A stretch of DNA of 51,369 nucleotides, taken from the NCBI GenBank assembly GCA_048595135.1, contig JBMDYE010000129.1, positions 1 to 51,369 of the forward strand. Direction: 5' to 3'. This DNA is from Planktothrix sp. GTDB taxonomy: Bacteria > Cyanobacteriota > Cyanobacteriia > Cyanobacteriales > Microcoleaceae. The notes below the pieces were generated by a model, which ran no database searches, was not told the DNA's origin, and saw only the letters and a program-made list of their open reading frames with translations. How positions within the stretch are numbered: position 1 is the first letter of the stretch; every line of letters begins with the position of its first letter. A program made the translations under genes and the position numbers. Shown here piece by piece: positions 47,124 through 51,369 of this stretch.

Positions 47124-47513
47124 TCAACGTTCCCGTAAGGAGGGTTTTTGAGGCTCTACCAAATGATTTTTCGTTTCTGGGTTCGATAAAGTTTCGTGTT
47201 GTTTTTGACTCGCTTCTAATCCCGCCGCGATCGCCTCTTTCAACCGGGTTAAGGTTTCATCCCAATTTCGCAACGCTGACTCGGAAAGGCGGTCAGCTTG
47301 GACTTGAATGTTACTGGATAAATCTTCGACTAATTCAGGTAAAGCATCTGCGGATTTTTTCAGTAACGTTCTAGTTTCTTTACCAGATCGAGGTGCAATT
47401 AATAAACCGACGACCGCACCGACCGCAGCGCCTAACGCAAAACCCCCTAGAAATTTTCCCGACTGTTGATTTGACATATTGAACCGCAGAATCAATGCTA
47501 TCCACTTAGCCAT
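47124..47513 (-). CDS. YtxH domain protein
   Basis: GGFALGAAVGAVVGLLIAPRSGKETR is the YtxH signature. The true start may be the internal MSNQQ codon at 47477. Confidence 0.8.
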   Translation of the reverse strand: MAKWIALILRFNMSNQQSGKFLGGFALGAAVGAVVGLLIAPRSGKETRTLLKKSADALPELVEDLSSNIQVQADRLSESALRNWDETLTRLKEAIAAGLEASQKQHETLSNPETKNHLVEPQKPSLRER

Positions 47514-47541
47514 TGTAACTAGGTTTGGGATTGATCAGGAT

Positions 47542-47847
47542 TTATTTTCTCCTCCGTCGGGGGAATTTCCACAACCGCAGCCCCAAGGACACCAGCGCCA
47601 CCCCTTGTTCAAGTTGTCGCAGTTGACCCTGCAATTGGTCATATCGTTGACGCAGTTGTTCAGATCCCCGTTGTCCTGTCATCACAAACTCAGGGGCGAC
47701 GGATAGAACCGCATAAGTTTGGCGTTCCATGTTCAGGATACGTCTTTCCAGCGCCTCAATGATGAGTCGATACCGCCAAATCAGTCTAGCAATATATAAG
47801 CACGCTAAGGAAATCAACAAATTTGTTGCGATAATAGCAATTAACAT
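47542..47847 (-). CDS. Small membrane/coiled-coil protein
   Basis: 101 aa with an N-terminal TM helix. It is co-oriented and tightly spaced with the YtxH and DUF948 genes. Confidence 0.55.
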   Translation of the reverse strand: MLIAIIATNLLISLACLYIARLIWRYRLIIEALERRILNMERQTYAVLSVAPEFVMTGQRGSEQLRQRYDQLQGQLRQLEQGVALVSLGLRLWKFPRRRRK

Positions 47848-48068
47848 AGTCGATTAACGCTAAACATCATATTTGCTAGTTTATCAGCGATCGCTTCTGT
47901 CATCACTACTATGTTAATAAGAGAAAATTCAGCACGGATCAAAGCTATCTATCGTTTCAGCTTATGTTACGGGGTTGGTGATTAAAGATAAATGAACAAC
48001 AAATTCAAGATAAAATTAAAACATCTCTCAGATATCCACAGCTACAACAATCAGGAGATTAATTAACA

Positions 48069-48305
48069 ATGACAATCAAAGAACGAATCAACCAAGAACT
48101 CAACCAATTTACAGAAGATCAACTTAGAGAAGTAGCCAACTTTATCGCTTTTATTAAATTTCGTTCGAGATTAACAAACTTACCTCAAAGCAATCCCAGT
48201 CAAATTGCTAATCTTTACAGCCAATTTGCTGAAGAAGATAGATTATTAGCTGAAGAAGGAATAAGCGAATATGCAGAGTTACTTCAGCAAGAGGACTTAG
48301 CATGA
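48069..48305 (+). CDS. Type II antitoxin (DUF2281-like)
   Basis: 78 aa. LREVANFIAFIKFR resembles DUF2281 antitoxins. It overlaps the MazF-like gene by 4 nt (ATGA). Confidence 0.7.
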   Translation: MTIKERINQELNQFTEDQLREVANFIAFIKFRSRLTNLPQSNPSQIANLYSQFAEEDRLLAEEGISEYAELLQQEDLA

Positions 48306-48649
48306 ATATTAAACGCGGTGAAGTTTGGATCGCTATTCTAAATCCCACTCAAGGATTTGAACAAGCTGGGGTTCGTCCTGTGATTATTTTTCAAGATGAT
48401 ACTTTAGCTCAATTTACCACGACTGTTATTACTATTCCCTTAACGACTAATCTCGAACGTAGTTCCCTACCCAGTTGTTTATTAATTTCCAGTAATGAAG
48501 GAGGTTTACATCAAGATTCAGTCGCTTTATGCCATCAAATTCGAGTTTTAGATAAAACTAGGTTACGCAGAAAGTTAGGTGAACTATTACCAGAAACAAT
48601 AGCTAGCTTGGAAAATATAGTTTTGTTTACTTTAGGCTATAAACTATAA
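48302..48649 (+). CDS. mazF: MazF/PemK-family endoribonuclease toxin
   Basis: 115 aa. RGEVWIAILNPTQGFEQAGVRPVIIFQDD matches the conserved PemK/MazF N-terminus. Confidence 0.88.
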   Translation: MNIKRGEVWIAILNPTQGFEQAGVRPVIIFQDDTLAQFTTTVITIPLTTNLERSSLPSCLLISSNEGGLHQDSVALCHQIRVLDKTRLRRKLGELLPETIASLENIVLFTLGYKL

Positions 48650-48715
48650 AAAATAAAAGACGATCTAAAAAGCAAAAAACCCCAGAAATTGTTACTTTCC
48701 AGGGCTTTTTTCGGA

Positions 48716-48788
<73 letters not shown>

Positions 48789-48904
48789 TTGTTTTTCACT
48801 GCTTTAGTAATATAGCAAACTCAATCTAGGTTTGGCAACCCCTTTTTTGAAAAATTTTTTGGTAAAGTAAATGGGACTGCACCGTAACCTTGATCCGACT
48901 TGGG

Positions 48905-51369
48905 ATGAAACTAAAACCACCCGCCTTGAACGGTCTCCTGATCGTTAGTATCATCTGGCTTTTAGCTGCTGTGAGCGATCGCATCTGGTTTGGGCTAGAT
49001 CGTTCTGTTCCCGCTTGGGATCAAGCCGACTATCTCAATAGTGCCTTAGATTATTGGCGAATCTGGCAACAACCGCAATGGTTTTCCGGGGACTGGTGGA
49101 GTCGGATGTGGATGTTGTCCCCCAAGGTTCCCCCCCTAACTTATCTGTTAACCATTCCCTTTCAGAATCTTTTTGGGACAGGTGCGGATCAAACCAACTT
49201 AGTGCATTTGCTCTTTAGTGCCATTTTGTTGGGTTCCGTTTATCAGTTAGGAACTGTTTTGTTTAACCGTTCTGTGGGGCTTTGGGCGGTGGGACTCTGT
49301 GTTTTATTACCCGGACTGTATCAACATCGGTTACAGTTTCTCCTCGACTATCCCGTCGCCGCCATGGTGACATTCAGTTTTTATGGGTTGACGATGTGGC
49401 GGTTATCAACGTCGCGGAAACAATGGGTTTGGGCGATATGTTTTGGGTTAAGTTTTGGACTCGGAATTTTAACCAAACAAACCACTTTATTTTTCCTCTT
49501 CACCCCTTTATTATGGGTTGGAATTGCCACCATTAAAAATAGAGAATGGGGAAGATTAGCCCAATTATTAACTGCTTGTTTATTATCCGTTGCGGTATTT
49601 TTCCCTTGGGCGAGAACCAATTGGTTATTAATGTTAACCTCTGGAAAACGAGCAACCGTTGATTCTGCGATCGCAGAAGGAGATCCCGCTTTAACCAGTT
49701 TAGACGCTTGGCTGTATTATTGGAAATTGCTTCCGGCTCATGTGTCTTGGCCGTTATTAATCATTCCCATTGTCGGATTTTTGCTATTTGTTATTAATAA
49801 AATTAAAATATCTGAAGATCTAGCAAAAACAAAGATGATCGCCCTAGATTTAAACTGGGAGTCTTTAAAATGGTTAGGGATCTTTTGGATAGGCGGTTAT
49901 TTTATCTGCTCGTTAAATATTAATAAGGATTTTCGTTATACCTTACCACTATTACCTGTTTTTTCAATCTTCTTAGCATACAGTTTAACGTTATTTCCGC
50001 GACGGTGGGGGCGACAAATTCGGTGGGGAACCATCGGGTTAGGACTGATTTTAATGACCTTTAATTTATGGCCCATTGGCAGTTATCCAGTCCGACAGGT
50101 GATGAGAACTTTAAACCCAGGAAATCAACATCATGTTTATCTGGGAAATCCTTGGCCCAATGAAGCGGTTATTTCAGAAATGATTCAAGCTGAACCTTAT
50201 TTACAATCGAATTTAGGGGTAATTCCATCAACCCCAGAAATTAATCAACATAATTTGAATTATTATGGGTCTTTACAAGATTCTCAAGTATATGGAAGAC
50301 AGGTAGGAACGAAGGAAAAAAATGTTTTAAAAGATGTGCGATCGCTGTCTTGGTTTGTTACCAAAACCGGACAACAAGGGTCAGTTGATCGAATTCAAAC
50401 CGCCCAAGATCTAATTATTAAAACCCTTGAAAATAGTCCAGAGTTTAACCTCAAAAAACAATGGCTTCTACCGGATAACAGTCTTTTAAATTTATATCAA
50501 CGCATCACCCCTTTTGTTCAAGTTGAACCCCTCCCAAAACCCGTTAATAAAGTTGAGTTAGGCAATATTTTAATACCCGAAAAAACACCCCCTGGGGTTC
50601 CAGTCCCAGTAACTTATGATTGGCGTGGTTCATTAGAGGAGTTAAAATCAGGGTTAGTCATTTTAACTTGGCAATTAACATCCCCTAATTTACAGCAAGA
50701 AAACCCTTTAAATCCTCAAAAAACTGCTTGGTTACATGATCATGGAATTGGGATGGGACAGTTATATAATTCCCTAAAAAATCCAGAAAAACCAGTTAAT
50801 CAAAGTTATCAGGTTGTGGAACGAATGGCGATGTTACCGCCCCAAACGATTATTCCGGGAAACTATCAATTAAAAGCAGTTTATTTAAACCGAGAAACAG
50901 GGGAAACTTACCCAATTCCTACACCAAAAGTTACCTTAAAAATTGATCCAAAAGTCGCACCCTTACCTGCACCAGAATTAGATTTAGTGACCCAACTTAG
51001 AACATTATCCATTAATTTACCCCAAGGAATCAAAGGATTAGACCCCATTTTTGCAGAAGTGGGGCGCATTAACCAATATGATCCAACTCAAGATTATACG
51101 ATTCAAGCCGAAAAAACCTTAGAATATCGCTTGAAACAAGAACCAAATCGCTCAGATTTTGCCTATAATTTAGCCTTAGCTAATGTACTACAGCAAGACG
51201 CACCTGGAGCGATTCAAGCCTTAACCAAAGTGGCAGAATTAGATCCTAAAAATCCGAATGCTCATGCTTATTTAGCGTTTGTTTATCTGTATAATTTACA
51301 GTCTAAACAAGCGGAAACAGCGTTAAAACCTGCTTTAGAATTAAATCCTAATCAACCAGAATTCCAAGT
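48905..51369 (+). CDS. GT39/ArnT-like membrane glycosyltransferase with a C-terminal TPR region; 3' partial, runs off the window
   Basis: My own translation from the ATG at 48905 reads MKLKPPALNGLLIVSIIWLLAAVSDRIWFGLDRSVPAWDQADYLNSALDYW... and stays open for about 821 codons to the window end. It has many TM helices, then a soluble domain and TPR-like repeats (AYNLALANVL, AHAYLAFVYL). It is absent from the ORF track, presumably because no stop codon falls within the window. Confidence 0.85.
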   Translation, partial: MKLKPPALNGLLIVSIIWLLAAVSDRIWFGLDRSVPAWDQADYLNSALDYWRIWQQPQWFSGDWWSRMWMLSPKVPPLTYLLTIPFQNLFGTGADQTNLVHLLFSAILLGSVYQLGTVLFNRSVGLWAVGLCVLLPGLYQHRLQFLLDYPVAAMVTFSFYGLTMWRLSTSRKQWVWAICFGLSFGLGILTKQTTLFFLFTPLLWVGIATIKNREWGRLAQLLTACLLSVAVFFPWARTNWLLMLTSGKRATVDSAIAEGDPALTSLDAWLYYWKLLPAHVSWPLLIIPIVGFLLFVINKIKISEDLAKTKMIALDLNWESLKWLGIFWIGGYFICSLNINKDFRYTLPLLPVFSIFLAYSLTLFPRRWGRQIRWGTIGLGLILMTFNLWPIGSYPVRQVMRTLNPGNQHHVYLGNPWPNEAVISEMIQAEPYLQSNLGVIPSTPEINQHNLNYYGSLQDSQVYGRQVGTKEKNVLKDVRSLSWFVTKTGQQGSVDRIQTAQDLIIKTLENSPEFNLKKQWLLPDNSLLNLYQRITPFVQVEPLPKPVNKVELGNILIPEKTPPGVPVPVTYDWRGSLEELKSGLVILTWQLTSPNLQQENPLNPQKTAWLHDHGIGMGQLYNSLKNPEKPVNQSYQVVERMAMLPPQTIIPGNYQLKAVYLNRETGETYPIPTPKVTLKIDPKVAPLPAPELDLVTQLRTLSINLPQGIKGLDPIFAEVGRINQYDPTQDYTIQAEKTLEYRLKQEPNRSDFAYNLALANVLQQDAPGAIQALTKVAELDPKNPNAHAYLAFVYLYNLQSKQAETALKPALELNPNQPEFQ

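Noticed and set aside
47479-47706. A 75-aa plus-strand ORF.
   Set aside because: It overlaps the starts and ends of two co-oriented minus-strand genes (YtxH and the 101-aa protein), and its translation is low-complexity.
49282-49620. Two short ORFs from the track (an 84-aa plus-strand ORF and a 79-aa minus-strand ORF).
   Set aside because: Both are embedded in, and out of frame with, the long GT39-like reading frame that starts at 48905.

Overview
This 51.4-kb window is a cyanobacterial chromosomal segment, probably from a filamentous Oscillatoriales-type genome. It is AT-rich, the HIP1 octamer GCGATCGC is scattered throughout, and psaK, ndhD and an argZ/agrE-type gene are present. Most of it is housekeeping and signalling genes: transketolase, NdhD, UbiX, gluconokinase, a CYTH protein, PsaK, an NDH-2, a HAD hydrolase, tRNA-Phe, three very large sensor kinases and a MASE1-PAS adenylate cyclase. 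There is also a 1953-aa WD40-TPR-CHAT protein, a Rieske oxygenase next to a Tat-signal FAD oxidoreductase with an embedded PetC-type Rieske motif, three tandem paralogous DUF1400-type alpha/beta hydrolases, and a MazEF-like pair. A GT39-like gene runs off the 3' end and is missing from the ORF track. The most interesting region is 40.86-43.82 kb, a minus-strand cassette punctuated by a 15-nt palindromic repeat. It encodes a 66-aa protein ending in Gly that may be ubiquitin-like, a degenerate tRNA-like gene, KptA/Tpt1, a 275-aa unknown protein with a UBC-like GxGICL motif, and a minimal ThiF/E1-like adenylyltransferase. I propose this as a candidate undescribed Ubl-conjugation and NAD-dependent RNA-modification system; that is a hypothesis, not a demonstrated function. 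Several small repeat families are directly visible: AAGAATT and GGGAATA heptamers that supply the stop codons of two genes, an approximately 85-bp tandem array, a MITE-like hairpin with flanking direct repeats, and an in-frame hairpin inside the CHAT gene. All protein calls rest on motif recognition by eye. No database search was run.
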